Virus record (IMG/VR): IMGVR_UViG_3300043434_000734
Span: 64,001 to 128,000 of that record
Reading direction: 5' to 3' (one strand)
Origin: a virus
Lineage: Duplodnaviria; Caudoviricetes
DNA length: 64,000 nt
The notes under the pieces were generated by a model. That model saw only the letters and a program-made list of their open reading frames with translations. It searched no databases and was not told where the DNA came from. The position numbers and the translations under genes are program-made. Below are positions 18,631 through 29,084 of the stretch, in pieces; positions within the stretch are counted from its first letter, which is position 1, and every line of letters begins with the position of its first letter.

Positions 18631-19883
18631 GTAAGGTATTTAATACCGATTCGAGAACCGACTATTGGAGATTCTAAAAATCTAATTTGATTACTGTTTG
18701 TGATTTGATAACCTGTGTTTTCATATTCCACCATACCGTTAATGTTAATACTAACGACACTTTCAATATTACTTTGTAAATTATATAATAAAGTACTACC
18801 ATCATATGTGAAATACTCATCGACTAATTGCAATATTTTTCCGTAGTTACTCATTAACACAGTATTCTTACCTCTATAATATGCAATGGTAATTACGTCA
18901 CCTGCACTCGGAGCACCTAAGAAAGTTATTCTCTGAGTTCCACCAATATGATAATAGTTCAAATCTTGTTCTTGTACAATACCATTAATTGACACATTGA
19001 ATAATACACCAATACTTTCACCAACACTATAAGTTGTTTGTGTTCCGTCGGCAATTAAACTAGCCACTGTTATATCTACAGATTTACTAATAACTTTTTT
19101 ACTGATTTTACTTCCAGTACCCATAAATTCCATCATAGTGAACATTCTACTAATTGCGGGTTTTACTTCAAACTCTTCACTATCAATAAGAAACCCTAAC
19201 ATTGTAAATTTATAGTTTTGTAAATAAAATCTACGACCATCAACTGTTTCAATTGGGCTATTATCATTAATCGAATCTAAAACAATTGGTATATAATGAC
19301 CTTTAACTTTTGTATAATCTTGTCTTGATGCAAAATTCTGCATCACTTTTTTATTAAATCTATTTAAATCTCTAATTTTTGTACATACAATTGTTACTTC
19401 GTATGTTATGTCGACAGGGATAGGTTGTGGAATCTTATAAATGTCAGCACCCATAGATTGACCGTTCCAAGTTGGTACGGTTGCATAATCAAATCTATGT
19501 CTATCAGGAACAGTTCTTTGAACTGCAGGGTTAGTACCGAATTGAACTTCAGGTTGTCTGATTATTGATATAAATGGTAATTTAACATTTCCATCGTCAT
19601 CAGAAAATTCCCAATTGTTTGAAAATTCACTCCATCTCTGAATGGTTAATATTTTTTCAATAACAGGTATTTTTTTACCGTCAGTTACCACAACAAAGGT
19701 ATCTTTAACATAATCTAACATACCTTTATCCAAATCTTCGTGTAATATGGAATCAGGAAGAAATGAATCTGATTTGGTAATCATATCCAATAATTCCTGT
19801 CTTCTTTCTAAAATTCTTCCACCTCTGTAAGTTTCCTTATCTTCGTAGACGTTAATATCGTTTTTTCTTTTAGGTACACCCAT
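18627..19883 (-). CDS. Tail terminator/neck protein (gp15-like) with two C-terminal beta-repeat domains
   Basis: IPQPIPVDITYEVTIVCTKIRDLNRFN motif; start MGVPKR at 19883; repeated VSINGxVxxE..Y..I.F...P..G..I.I.Y domains. Confidence 0.6.
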   Translation of the reverse strand: MGVPKRKNDINVYEDKETYRGGRILERRQELLDMITKSDSFLPDSILHEDLDKGMLDYVKDTFVVVTDGKKIPVIEKILTIQRWSEFSNNWEFSDDDGNVKLPFISIIRQPEVQFGTNPAVQRTVPDRHRFDYATVPTWNGQSMGADIYKIPQPIPVDITYEVTIVCTKIRDLNRFNKKVMQNFASRQDYTKVKGHYIPIVLDSINDNSPIETVDGRRFYLQNYKFTMLGFLIDSEEFEVKPAISRMFTMMEFMGTGSKISKKVISKSVDITVASLIADGTQTTYSVGESIGVLFNVSINGIVQEQDLNYYHIGGTQRITFLGAPSAGDVITIAYYRGKNTVLMSNYGKILQLVDEYFTYDGSTLLYNLQSNIESVVSININGMVEYENTGYQITNSNQIRFLESPIVGSRIGIKYLT

Positions 19884-19884
19884 A

Positions 19885-20397
19885 TTATACTCCTCTAAAT
19901 TCGGTTTCCTGTGCCGGTACACAAACTATAGTTCTATAGTGTGGTTTATATCCAAACATTTTGTGTTTATTATCTGAAGTCACTTTACCATCATTTGATA
20001 CTGTATAATATCTTATTTTATCTTCAGAATCCTGATAACCAATAAAATCACCATACCTTATATCGACCCCTAATTCTTGTAAATGAGTTATATATACCGA
20101 TAATGTTAAGTTACCGGGTTCATTATAACGAACCATCCCACTTTTATATGTATTATTTTTAGGTTCGTCTATTTTAACCAATGCATTAAATTCAACAGGT
20201 GGGAAATACTTTATTTCATCCATACCCGCTTCGGCATATACGTCATCAGTGTCCGTTTTCTGTCTATCCACACGATAAAGGACTAATTTCATATTCAAAT
20301 CACCGTGAAGATACTCTTGACCCATTTGTATATTAATGTCAAAGTCATCCTGTGAAAAGAATTTACCCAATCTTGTTATAGGTAGTTTAGTGCTCAT
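19885..20397 (-). CDS. Neck/head-completion protein (gp14-like)
   Basis: YRVDRQKTDTDDVYAEA..HLQELGVDIRYGDFI..YYTV pattern; neck cluster context. Confidence 0.6.
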   Translation of the reverse strand: MSTKLPITRLGKFFSQDDFDINIQMGQEYLHGDLNMKLVLYRVDRQKTDTDDVYAEAGMDEIKYFPPVEFNALVKIDEPKNNTYKSGMVRYNEPGNLTLSVYITHLQELGVDIRYGDFIGYQDSEDKIRYYTVSNDGKVTSDNKHKMFGYKPHYRTIVCVPAQETEFRGV

Positions 20398-20451
20398 ATG
20401 GTAATAAATAGTTTAATGTTACATTCTATTTATGTATATTTTAGATATAAT

Positions 20452-22203
20452 ATGGAAACTAAGATTCCCGAAATAGAGGCAAGAAATATATTAAGTACGT
20501 ATGAAGGTTCAAATAATCAATTATTGGATTGGAAACGTAAGTTTGTGGATGTTAAAAATTTTAAATTAACACGACCACAAGCCGAATATGTTATAAAATA
20601 TAAAGATGTAACTCCAAAGGTTGCAAAAAAATATATTAATATAGTCTCAACATTTGGTGAGAAAATTATGGAAGAAAGACTTCTTCCTGTACCCCCTGAA
20701 AAAATATGGTGTGAAAAATTATTATGTGATTCAGATAAAGCATTTCATATTTGGGGAAAAGTTTTAGAAAGTGACCAATTAAGTGCGATGTGGTTACCTA
20801 AGGCTGCGGTTGTACAAGAAGAAAAGAAACTCGACCGAGTAATTGATTATTCAAAATACGGTAGCCGTCCTCCAATGGATCATCAAAAAATTGCAATTGA
20901 AAAATTACTTGCTAACAATAAATTTATATTAGCCGATGATATGGGTTTGGGTAAAACAACATCTGCCGTTATTGCATCGTTAGAAAGTAAAGCAAGGAAG
21001 ATACTTATAGTATGTCCCGCCTCTTTAAAAATAAATTGGGAAAGGGAAATAAGAAACTATTCCGATAGAAAAGTTTTAATTGTCGAAGGACGTAAATGGG
21101 GTTCTACTTTTGATTTCTACATTATTAACTATGATATTATTAAAAACTATCACACTACAGACAAGAGTGAAGATAGTGACGATTATAAACTTTTGGTTAA
21201 TGCCAATTTTGACTTGGCAATCGTAGATGAAGCTCATTACATTTCAAATGCAACCGCAAACAGAACTCGTTTACTAAATGATGTACTTGAAACAATACCA
21301 AAAGTTTGGTTATTGACAGGTACACCTATGACATCAAGACCGATTAACTATTTCAACTTATTAAAAATTGTTGAATCCCCATTGACATTAAATTGGCAAT
21401 CATACGTTCGTAGATATTGTAAAGGTTACCAATTCAATGTGGGTAATCGTAAAGTATGGAACACAAGTGGAGCAAGTAATTTGGACGAACTTCGTGAACG
21501 AACAAAAAATCTTGTTTTACGAAGAATGAAAACCGACATTCTTGATTTACCTGAAAAAATTGTAACTCCTGTGTTTGTAGAATTAAGTAGTAAAATGTAT
21601 GATGAGGAGCTAGAAGAATTTACACGTATTAGTAACGATAAGAAAAATGATGAAACAATAACGGTAACTTTAAATCGTTTAATGAAGATACGCCAACTTA
21701 TTGCATATGAGAAAATCCCATATACTTGTGAAATTATTGATAAATGTTTAGAACAAGGTAAGAAAGTTATTGTGTTAACAAACTTTACTATGACTCTTGA
21801 TATGTTACACGAAAAATATAAAAAGAATTCGGTGACGCTCGATGGTCGTATGAACAAAGATAGACGACAAGAAAATGTTGATAGATTTCAAAACGACGAT
21901 AAGATTAAAGTGTTTATTGGTAACATAAAAGCTGCGGGTGTTGGTATCACATTAACGGCAGCGGAAGTTGTTATTATGAACGACCTATCATTTGTACCGG
22001 CAGACCACTCACAAGGAGAAGACCGAGCATATCGTTATGGGCAAAAAAATAGTGTTCTCGTTTACTATCCTGTATTTGAGAACACTGTTGAAAAAATCAT
22101 ATATAATATTTTACAAAAGAAAAAGAATGTAATTGACCAAGTTATGGGAGATGGAGAATATTCAGAATCTTTCAGTAAAGATTTACTTAAAAATCTCCTT
22201 TAA
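20452..22203 (+). CDS. SNF2/SWI2-family superfamily 2 helicase/ATPase
   Basis: ADDMGLGKT, VCPASLKINW, DEAH, LTGTP, GVGITLT, QGEDRAYRYGQ motifs; start METKIP at 20452. Confidence 0.95.
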   Translation: METKIPEIEARNILSTYEGSNNQLLDWKRKFVDVKNFKLTRPQAEYVIKYKDVTPKVAKKYINIVSTFGEKIMEERLLPVPPEKIWCEKLLCDSDKAFHIWGKVLESDQLSAMWLPKAAVVQEEKKLDRVIDYSKYGSRPPMDHQKIAIEKLLANNKFILADDMGLGKTTSAVIASLESKARKILIVCPASLKINWEREIRNYSDRKVLIVEGRKWGSTFDFYIINYDIIKNYHTTDKSEDSDDYKLLVNANFDLAIVDEAHYISNATANRTRLLNDVLETIPKVWLLTGTPMTSRPINYFNLLKIVESPLTLNWQSYVRRYCKGYQFNVGNRKVWNTSGASNLDELRERTKNLVLRRMKTDILDLPEKIVTPVFVELSSKMYDEELEEFTRISNDKKNDETITVTLNRLMKIRQLIAYEKIPYTCEIIDKCLEQGKKVIVLTNFTMTLDMLHEKYKKNSVTLDGRMNKDRRQENVDRFQNDDKIKVFIGNIKAAGVGITLTAAEVVIMNDLSFVPADHSQGEDRAYRYGQKNSVLVYYPVFENTVEKIIYNILQKKKNVIDQVMGDGEYSESFSKDLLKNLL

Positions 22204-23193
22204 TTCTTTAATCTTTTCGTCTAACAACTTTTCTAAATTATCGTCTTCAAATTCGGTTATTGAAACTGTAATGTTTTTTGTTGTATCATCGTAATTTATT
22301 TGATTTAGTTCGTCATTTCTTTTTAATGTGAATTCCACATTATTTCTACTACATAAAATTAGTAATTCATTTAGTTTTTCAGGTACTGGCATATGTTTTA
22401 TTTTATTATATTTTACGTATTCTTTTTTAACAATAATAGTTTTGTTTTCTTTCTTTAAATTTGGGGTGTTGTGAAATATAATTATAGAAGTGGACCCCCT
22501 CCAATCATCCACATTACCATAACCATAATAATCAGTTTTATATGTTAAATCATTTTGTGAACCGGTTACGTAAAATTCATATCCCATATCCACAAACTTA
22601 CCACTTTTAATTTGCATCGTCTTTAAACTACCGTCAGGTAGTTTAAAACTTAAATCAATTCCATTCATATCATCACTATCACCATATTCAAATGTATAGT
22701 CAATATCAGTCACATCACCAAACGATTCCCTCAGTGACATAATAATCGATATAACTGTTATGTTACCACTATTCCAAGACTTAAGACATTTTACCTTCAA
22801 TTCCCTAAGGTACTTGTCCGTTTTATTTTTTGTGAAAATTAAATCAAAAAATTCGTCAACAAATTCCCACATTTTCTTTGCGTTATATTCGTGATATAAC
22901 GGATTACCGAAATCGATAAACATATTGGGGTTGTACTTAATTCCCCATTTATAAAAAGATAAACAACAGTTTGGATGGGTGTTGATTCTATTTGTCCAAG
23001 ACCAATTACCATTATCATCATAATGCCCAAATTTCGTAGAATCTTTTCGATTAGGTCTCCATTTATTCAATGGTTCGTAGTGTCTTTTAAAACAATTTTG
23101 AGCCTCATTAAAATAGTGAGACTTCCAACCTTTACCATAATTCCAACCTTCATCAAATAGTTTTTGTATGAAGTTATAATCAACTGTATCCAT
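22183..23193 (-). CDS. PD-(D/E)XK nuclease-like hypothetical protein
   Basis: DDMNGIDLSF..KTMQIKS (D...QxK) motif; opposite orientation to both neighbours. Confidence 0.45.
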   Translation of the reverse strand: MDTVDYNFIQKLFDEGWNYGKGWKSHYFNEAQNCFKRHYEPLNKWRPNRKDSTKFGHYDDNGNWSWTNRINTHPNCCLSFYKWGIKYNPNMFIDFGNPLYHEYNAKKMWEFVDEFFDLIFTKNKTDKYLRELKVKCLKSWNSGNITVISIIMSLRESFGDVTDIDYTFEYGDSDDMNGIDLSFKLPDGSLKTMQIKSGKFVDMGYEFYVTGSQNDLTYKTDYYGYGNVDDWRGSTSIIIFHNTPNLKKENKTIIVKKEYVKYNKIKHMPVPEKLNELLILCSRNNVEFTLKRNDELNQINYDDTTKNITVSITEFEDDNLEKLLDEKIKELKEIFK

Positions 23194-23232
23194 ATTACGA
23201 AATATAAACTATTTATTGAAATATACCAAATT

Positions 23233-24348
23233 ATGGCACAGATTATTACGGAACAAGAGAAGAGTAAATTATACACACAGGTTTTTCACCTTTTAGGGAT
23301 GCCTGTACGCGGCATTGAACTAACTGAGGAACAAATGGATACTTTTATGGAATTGTCCTTATCCGAATATGAACAATATGTTAGTGATTGGTTAATTGAA
23401 TCTCAATGGTCATCTTTGGCCGGTTTAGATGTTGATACACAATCTCTTACACGTGCATTTACAACAAGAAGTATTGATTATGAAACCCAATTTACTCAAG
23501 CCTATTCAAAAATTGTTGGTTTACAAGCTGGTGGTACAAATGAGTTAAAAAAGGATTTTATTACATTATCAGGTGGTACACAAACATATGAAATACCTGC
23601 AGGTCGTGAGATAAACGAATTATTATGGTTTACACGTGCGGAATTAAGTGATTCATTTGTTGATCCATTTATGGCTGGATTTGGTGGTTTAGGTGGCCTT
23701 GGTTTTGGTGGTGCGGGTGGTTTCGCACAAATGGGTAATTCAGGTTCTTACTTTATGATGCCGGCTTTTGATTTGTTATTAAGAATGCAAGATAGAAGTA
23801 TGAAGAACCGTCTTATTGGTGGTGATTTAACTTATAGAATAACCGCCGGTCCCGAAGGAAAAAAATTATTACATTTATATAACGTGCCCGGTGGTAAGTT
23901 TGATTACGGTTCTATTCAACAAAAGAATTATCAAGTTTGGTATTGGTATTATGAAACAATGGATAGAGACACTTGTCTTGCAAATAATAAAGACGTTATT
24001 AAATTACCGTCAGATGTTGACACTGAACAATTAACTTGGGAAGGATTAAATAAACCAGCACAAAACTGGGTTAGAAAATATTTGATTGCTTATGCTAAAG
24101 AAGGATTAGGTCGTATTTGGGGTAAATTTTCTGGTGATTTACAAGTACCTGATAGTACTGTTAAATTAGACTACCAATCATTAATTACTGAGGGTAAAGA
24201 TGAAAAATCAAAATTGGCAGAAGAACTAATTGCTCGATTAGAGAGACTCCGCCCCGACAAAATCCTTGAAAGGAAAGCTGGCGAAGCGGAGAATCTTAAT
24301 AAGGCACTTAAATTTAGGGCGATGCCAGCTCCTATTACGGTAATTTAA
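23233..24348 (+). CDS. Neck/head-tail adaptor protein (T4 gp13-like)
   Basis: LGMPVRGIELTEEQMD..WVRKYLIAYAKEGLGRIWGKFSG..LDYQSLITEGKDEK..L; start MAQIIT at 23233 after TATTTATT. Confidence 0.85.
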   Translation: MAQIITEQEKSKLYTQVFHLLGMPVRGIELTEEQMDTFMELSLSEYEQYVSDWLIESQWSSLAGLDVDTQSLTRAFTTRSIDYETQFTQAYSKIVGLQAGGTNELKKDFITLSGGTQTYEIPAGREINELLWFTRAELSDSFVDPFMAGFGGLGGLGFGGAGGFAQMGNSGSYFMMPAFDLLLRMQDRSMKNRLIGGDLTYRITAGPEGKKLLHLYNVPGGKFDYGSIQQKNYQVWYWYYETMDRDTCLANNKDVIKLPSDVDTEQLTWEGLNKPAQNWVRKYLIAYAKEGLGRIWGKFSGDLQVPDSTVKLDYQSLITEGKDEKSKLAEELIARLERLRPDKILERKAGEAENLNKALKFRAMPAPITVI

Positions 24349-27242
24349 CTTTCAATTGCGTGTAATGCGTAATCGTTACCATTAGTCTCAATTATTTCTT
24401 CTTCATTTGAAATAGTACTTTGCTCTTGAAGTGCCACTACTTTTCTATTATGTTCTACCCAATACGGGTCAGCAAGTTCTAAACTATTTTCAACATACAT
24501 AAAAAATGGGTCACGACCTACACGGTTCCAAAAAATAACCTCACTATCAGATAATGTCATAACCTCATCCAATTTATCTTGACCCTCTTCTTTTAATGGA
24601 TAACCATTAACCAATTCACACTGTGCTTTAGTAAAATATTGTCTATCCTTAGGATCATCAATTAATATGTCTTCTCTAATCGACGGATGAAATACCACTA
24701 ATAATGGTTCAAGACGTTTATTAAAATTATTTAAATAACGAGGAACGTTATAGTCACCCTTTAAGTCAGGATTATTAGTTATTTCTTTTTCGTCAATCAT
24801 ATAACAGTTAACCTCAATATAATCATTAGGCATTGGGGTTCCGTGTTTTGCTAAATATTCTTCCTGTTGTTTCTTAGTTGGTCTTGCAATTTTTTGAACG
24901 TCACCCGAAGATTTCTTAACACCGTTATTGATATAATAAATTGTATCACCCAAACCTGCCGGATAATCATTAGCCATAATTAATTCCATATGTGCTTGTC
25001 TGGACATTAACGAGCCGGCCTTTGTTGTTTTGGTAACGTACTTCTTATAATCTTCAATTGATTGTTTCACACGGGCCTTATTTGCAATCTTAGATAATGG
25101 TATTTCTTTATTGAATATCTTCTCAACATATTCATAGTATAATTCAACAAATGAATGACCGTCTCCACTTAACAAATACTTCAATCCTTCATCTAAGAAC
25201 TCAACAACGTATGTTTGTAATTTTTTAGATTTAATTGTATTACCTGTCAACTTAATTTTTTCTTTACCTTTTTTAACTAACTTGATAATATAATTCTTAC
25301 GAGATACATTAATACAAGCTGGTGCTGTGTAGTCAATATCTAAACCCATTTCATTTCTCATAAAGATATCATTGAATTCTGCAGTGTCGGCTTCAATACC
25401 TCGATATTCTTTTCCTGCGACTACCAACTCATTGTTCCCTTTACCAATATAAACCGTTTCATCTATATTGTCAGGTGTTTCAAAGTTTACACCATCCGTA
25501 TCCATTACAAGTGGTTTATAACCTTTCTTCTGATAAAACATAATCATCATACGTAAACATTGACGACCAACACAAGTGATTGTTTCGCCCATATTCATAT
25601 CTCCCCAAGGAAATACTTGCGGTGCCGACAAACTACCGAAATAAGCGTTGATGAAAATCTTAATTGGTAATTGTTTACGGTCATACATTTCCGATTGTAC
25701 TGGATCTGTATTTTTTAATTCTCCGGCAAGATGTTTATATTTGATACGAATATTACGGAAATATTTTAACATTGATTTTTGTACTCCCATAACATCACAC
25801 TCAGGAAAAACATCGTACACTAACTGAATAGACGGGTAAAGTGATGAATAGTCAAACTTAACAATATTTTTTGAGTAACCGACATTTAATAAACGTGAAA
25901 GGCCCCCTGTGATGGAACGTTTTTCATCTTTTGCGGGTATTGCTAAATTGTTTTCGTATGACCACGCTAACATTATAATTTTCCACAATGTTGCAGTACC
26001 CATAGTTGCTATTCTTTCATATGTTGTCGGTACTAACTTAGAAAGTAAGAAAGTTGATTGTGAAAATGAATCGTCCACAACCATTGTCTCGTACAAGTCA
26101 TCATCAAGATATTGTTCAACAATTTTTCTTCCTGTCCATATTTCAAACTTACCTGGAAATCTTTCCATTAATCTTTCAGTACCCGGCTCACCAATTTGTT
26201 TGTAACCACCCGTCTTAGGATTCACATAATAACTTTCATTATCTAAATATATTTTGGAAATTTTTCCACCATCAACGTACACACGATTTTCCTTTTCTTT
26301 TTCCAAATACTTTGTAATGTATTTCAACCCCCAAGATTTAATTTCGGAGTTAATAGCTTGTGCTCTACGAACTGAATGTGCAATATCGATAATATTAAAT
26401 CCCCATATTACGTGTTGTGTATATGGTTCGATTTCATTTGCAAGTTTTAACATCCCCTCTTTCTCTTTCATACCTTGGGTTGTGAAGATTTGTGTTAAAC
26501 CATTTACGTCCACACCAAGAATTTGTGCTCGTTTTAATATAAACGGCCAATCAAAGAATGCTGAGTTATATCCTGCAATAATTGTTGGTTTTAATTCTTT
26601 AATGTGTTTGAAAAACTTCTCAATACATTTTTTCTCACCATCTTCACCGAAAGCGGGAATTGTTTCATTCAAACCACGATTATCTTTAATTCCAATCAAG
26701 ATTATATTACAAGTTTCGGGATCTAAACCTGTAGTCTCAATATCGAATACAAATCGATGAACACCACCATAATCCTCAATACCTTTAAATAATCTTTTTT
26801 TCTTCTGTATAAGATATTGTTCCACAGGATTTAAGATAGTAAAATACTGTCGATATTTTTCATCCCAAGGATTCAATCCGCCCATTCTAAAGAATGAAAT
26901 TAAATCGGTATATGACTTCATACTTTTAACGATATGTGTCATACCATTCTCTAAACGTTCATTACCGTGAGTGTCAAGTTTTTCGATAAGGATACCGAAC
27001 TCACCCATTCTTTTTTTCTGAACAGTTTTGGAGTTGTTATAAAAATTCAAACCACTCAAATCACCGACCCAAATAAATGGAGTGAATGTGTCTTGTTTTA
27101 CTATCTTACCCTTTTCAGGGTCTTGAATAATTTTGAAAATTGTATTTGTAGGGTAATCGTATTCGACACCGACGATATAATTTTCGTCGTCACCACCGTT
27201 TAGGAAATTTTCGATAACTTCCTGAGAGATAACCTCTTTCAT
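24345..27242 (-). CDS. polB: Family B DNA polymerase with 3'-5' exonuclease
   Basis: FDIETTGL (ExoI), GYNSAFFDW (ExoII), DYSSLYPS, KIFINAYFG, MDTDG. Confidence 0.97.
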   Translation of the reverse strand: MKEVISQEVIENFLNGGDDENYIVGVEYDYPTNTIFKIIQDPEKGKIVKQDTFTPFIWVGDLSGLNFYNNSKTVQKKRMGEFGILIEKLDTHGNERLENGMTHIVKSMKSYTDLISFFRMGGLNPWDEKYRQYFTILNPVEQYLIQKKKRLFKGIEDYGGVHRFVFDIETTGLDPETCNIILIGIKDNRGLNETIPAFGEDGEKKCIEKFFKHIKELKPTIIAGYNSAFFDWPFILKRAQILGVDVNGLTQIFTTQGMKEKEGMLKLANEIEPYTQHVIWGFNIIDIAHSVRRAQAINSEIKSWGLKYITKYLEKEKENRVYVDGGKISKIYLDNESYYVNPKTGGYKQIGEPGTERLMERFPGKFEIWTGRKIVEQYLDDDLYETMVVDDSFSQSTFLLSKLVPTTYERIATMGTATLWKIIMLAWSYENNLAIPAKDEKRSITGGLSRLLNVGYSKNIVKFDYSSLYPSIQLVYDVFPECDVMGVQKSMLKYFRNIRIKYKHLAGELKNTDPVQSEMYDRKQLPIKIFINAYFGSLSAPQVFPWGDMNMGETITCVGRQCLRMMIMFYQKKGYKPLVMDTDGVNFETPDNIDETVYIGKGNNELVVAGKEYRGIEADTAEFNDIFMRNEMGLDIDYTAPACINVSRKNYIIKLVKKGKEKIKLTGNTIKSKKLQTYVVEFLDEGLKYLLSGDGHSFVELYYEYVEKIFNKEIPLSKIANKARVKQSIEDYKKYVTKTTKAGSLMSRQAHMELIMANDYPAGLGDTIYYINNGVKKSSGDVQKIARPTKKQQEEYLAKHGTPMPNDYIEVNCYMIDEKEITNNPDLKGDYNVPRYLNNFNKRLEPLLVVFHPSIREDILIDDPKDRQYFTKAQCELVNGYPLKEEGQDKLDEVMTLSDSEVIFWNRVGRDPFFMYVENSLELADPYWVEHNRKVVALQEQSTISNEEEIIETNGNDYALHAIES

Positions 27243-27331
27243 CTTAAATATTTTTTAAATGTGACACATTAGCTTACCGAAAATTCGGTAGTTAGCCTTA
27301 ACATTAAAAAATATAATTAAAAAAAACGGAA

Positions 27332-27703
27332 TTAAAAAATATTGATGTATAATCTTTCCTTGATTGGTAATATTAACTTAGTTGTGTTATTACCGTTGAT
27401 ATCTTTGAATTGAATGTTAATTTTACCTTCAAATCTACCAATTTCCGACGTTTGTTGTTCATTAAACCTATATGTGATATAATACTCATCTGTTGTCTGA
27501 TTATATTTTTTTGTTCTATTCGTTAACAAACATTGATCACCTAATATTACGGGTTCACCAGTTTTTACGTCAGACATTTCAAATGTAATATCACATCCTG
27601 TTTCTAATAGGGTGTTAAATGATGACTTATCATTTTTACCGTCATCAATCATTCTCATTTTTAATATTGGGTCACTTGCCCCCTGTCTTATGTAAAATTC
27701 CAT
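27332..27703 (-). CDS. BppU N-terminal-like Ig-fold structural protein
   Basis: FYIRQGASDPILKM..YYITYRF..T..IGRFEGKINI.F..LILPIKERLYINI pattern. Confidence 0.55.
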   Translation of the reverse strand: MEFYIRQGASDPILKMRMIDDGKNDKSSFNTLLETGCDITFEMSDVKTGEPVILGDQCLLTNRTKKYNQTTDEYYITYRFNEQQTSEIGRFEGKINIQFKDINGNNTTKLILPIKERLYINIF

Positions 27704-27715
27704 ATTTTATAAATA

Positions 27716-29041
27716 TTAACTAAATGATAATGATATTGCGTCACCAAATACAAACGGTGCGTTCGATGTTTTAGTTTGTGTACACGGTACGGTGGAAATT
27801 ATAAAGAATGAACCATCCCCAATAGTTTGAATTTGAAACGACCCTAATGTTGTACTTGTATATGTTGCGGTGTCTCCGTTTTGTGAAATGGTAATAGTAC
27901 CCGTACCACCGGTGTATCCACTAAATTGTGATGTATAATCAGTTCCTGTACTGTCTTTGATATTGAAGTATAAATAAGTTACACCATCAACTTTATTGGG
28001 GTTAAATGTTTCATTGGGACTTCCATTATTTATTGTGAATATAGCATTACCGTCTGAAATAGGTGGACCAGCGTCAAACTCACCTGCAGCATCACTATAG
28101 AAATACCAAGAACCCACTCCTGAACTTTCAATTGTGGGTGTTGGAGTTGGTGTATCTGTAGGGTTAGGTGTGGGTGTTACAGTCGGAACACTTGACCCGC
28201 AAGTGATAAATGTATTTGTTGCACTACTATTTATCATCGACACGGGTATATTATTTTTATAATATAAAATTTCAACTGATGTACCCTCCTTTACACAAAT
28301 TTCATTTACAAACGTACCTGCTACAGTAAAATATATAGTATTTAACACATCACTATTGTCATAATATCTGACACGTATCCTATTGTTATTAACACCACTA
28401 TTCGTTGCGTCATCTAAATCTAATTGAGAGACTTCAATAGTATAATATGTACTAACTATAGATGTTGAAGTCGGAGTTGGTGTACTTGTCGGTTCCGGCG
28501 TAGGTGTTGGGGTATCTGTTGACACTATCGTCGGAGTTGGGGTTGGGGTTGGGGTATCACTAGAAATTGGTGTATCAGTCGGCGTTGGAGTTGGAGTTGG
28601 AGTTGGAGTATTACTAGGAATTGGTGTTTCCGTTGGTGTTGGTGTTGGTGTATCTGTAGGAGTTATTAAATTTTCACCATATGATGTCCAATATCCATTG
28701 TTATTTAACCAAATTTTTGCGTCGTCAGCGTCGGTAAAAGGATTTAATCCTTCAGTAATTGGTAACACATTTAACAAATCCAAAAATGATTGATTAGTTA
28801 AATCTGTAGACCTCCAAAAATTAACATACGAACCAACATTAACAGATGTTGAGTGGTCGCCTGTTGGCACTTGGTTTACTATTATATACCCTAAATCTTC
28901 ATCAGGTCCCATCCACCATTTAACTCCACCCGGATTTATTGAATAATCTTGATTTGAAACTCCAACTGCGATGTTTCCTATTTGTATTGTTCCTGATATG
29001 GTGAAACCTGTGTTGTATGTAAAGGGTCTTGTTGTTGCCAT
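27716..29041 (-). CDS. Virion surface protein with Pro/Thr-rich linkers
   Basis: N-terminal [36 protein letters not shown] domain, then long PT repeats. Confidence 0.6.
   Translation of the reverse strand: MATTRPFTYNTGFTISGTIQIGNIAVGVSNQDYSINPGGVKWWMGPDEDLGYIIVNQVPTGDHSTSVNVGSYVNFWRSTDLTNQSFLDLLNVLPITEGLNPFTDADDAKIWLNNNGYWTSYGENLITPTDTPTPTPTETPIPSNTPTPTPTPTPTDTPISSDTPTPTPTPTIVSTDTPTPTPEPTSTPTPTSTSIVSTYYTIEVSQLDLDDATNSGVNNNRIRVRYYDNSDVLNTIYFTVAGTFVNEICVKEGTSVEILYYKNNIPVSMINSSATNTFITCGSSVPTVTPTPNPTDTPTPTPTIESSGVGSWYFYSDAAGEFDAGPPISDGNAIFTINNGSPNETFNPNKVDGVTYLYFNIKDSTGTDYTSQFSGYTGGTGTITISQNGDTATYTSTTLGSFQIQTIGDGSFFIISTVPCTQTKTSNAPFVFGDAISLSFS
28461..28663 (-). repeat. Coding (PT)n low-complexity repeat
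   Basis: Degenerate GTTGGA/GTTGGT hexamers encoding TPTPTPT; a shorter copy at about 28131-28190. Confidence 0.9.
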
Positions 29042-29084
29042 TTTGTTATATAAATACTTTTATTTTTTCTCTATTTTAAAATTT

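Noticed and set aside
20398-20451. Longer N-terminal extensions given by the ORF track here and at 23164, 30902, 32786, 46114, 46781, 47574, 53495
   Set aside because: They overlap upstream genes or promoter motifs; downstream ATGs after A-rich leaders or the late motif fit better.
23685-23745. Gly-rich GGFGGLGGLGFGGAGG stretch as a separate element
   Set aside because: In-frame flexible loop of the gp13-like neck protein.
24345-27242. Intein or intron in polB (also checked terL and capsid)
   Set aside because: Catalytic motifs are normally spaced; no intein termini or LAGLIDADG motifs seen.
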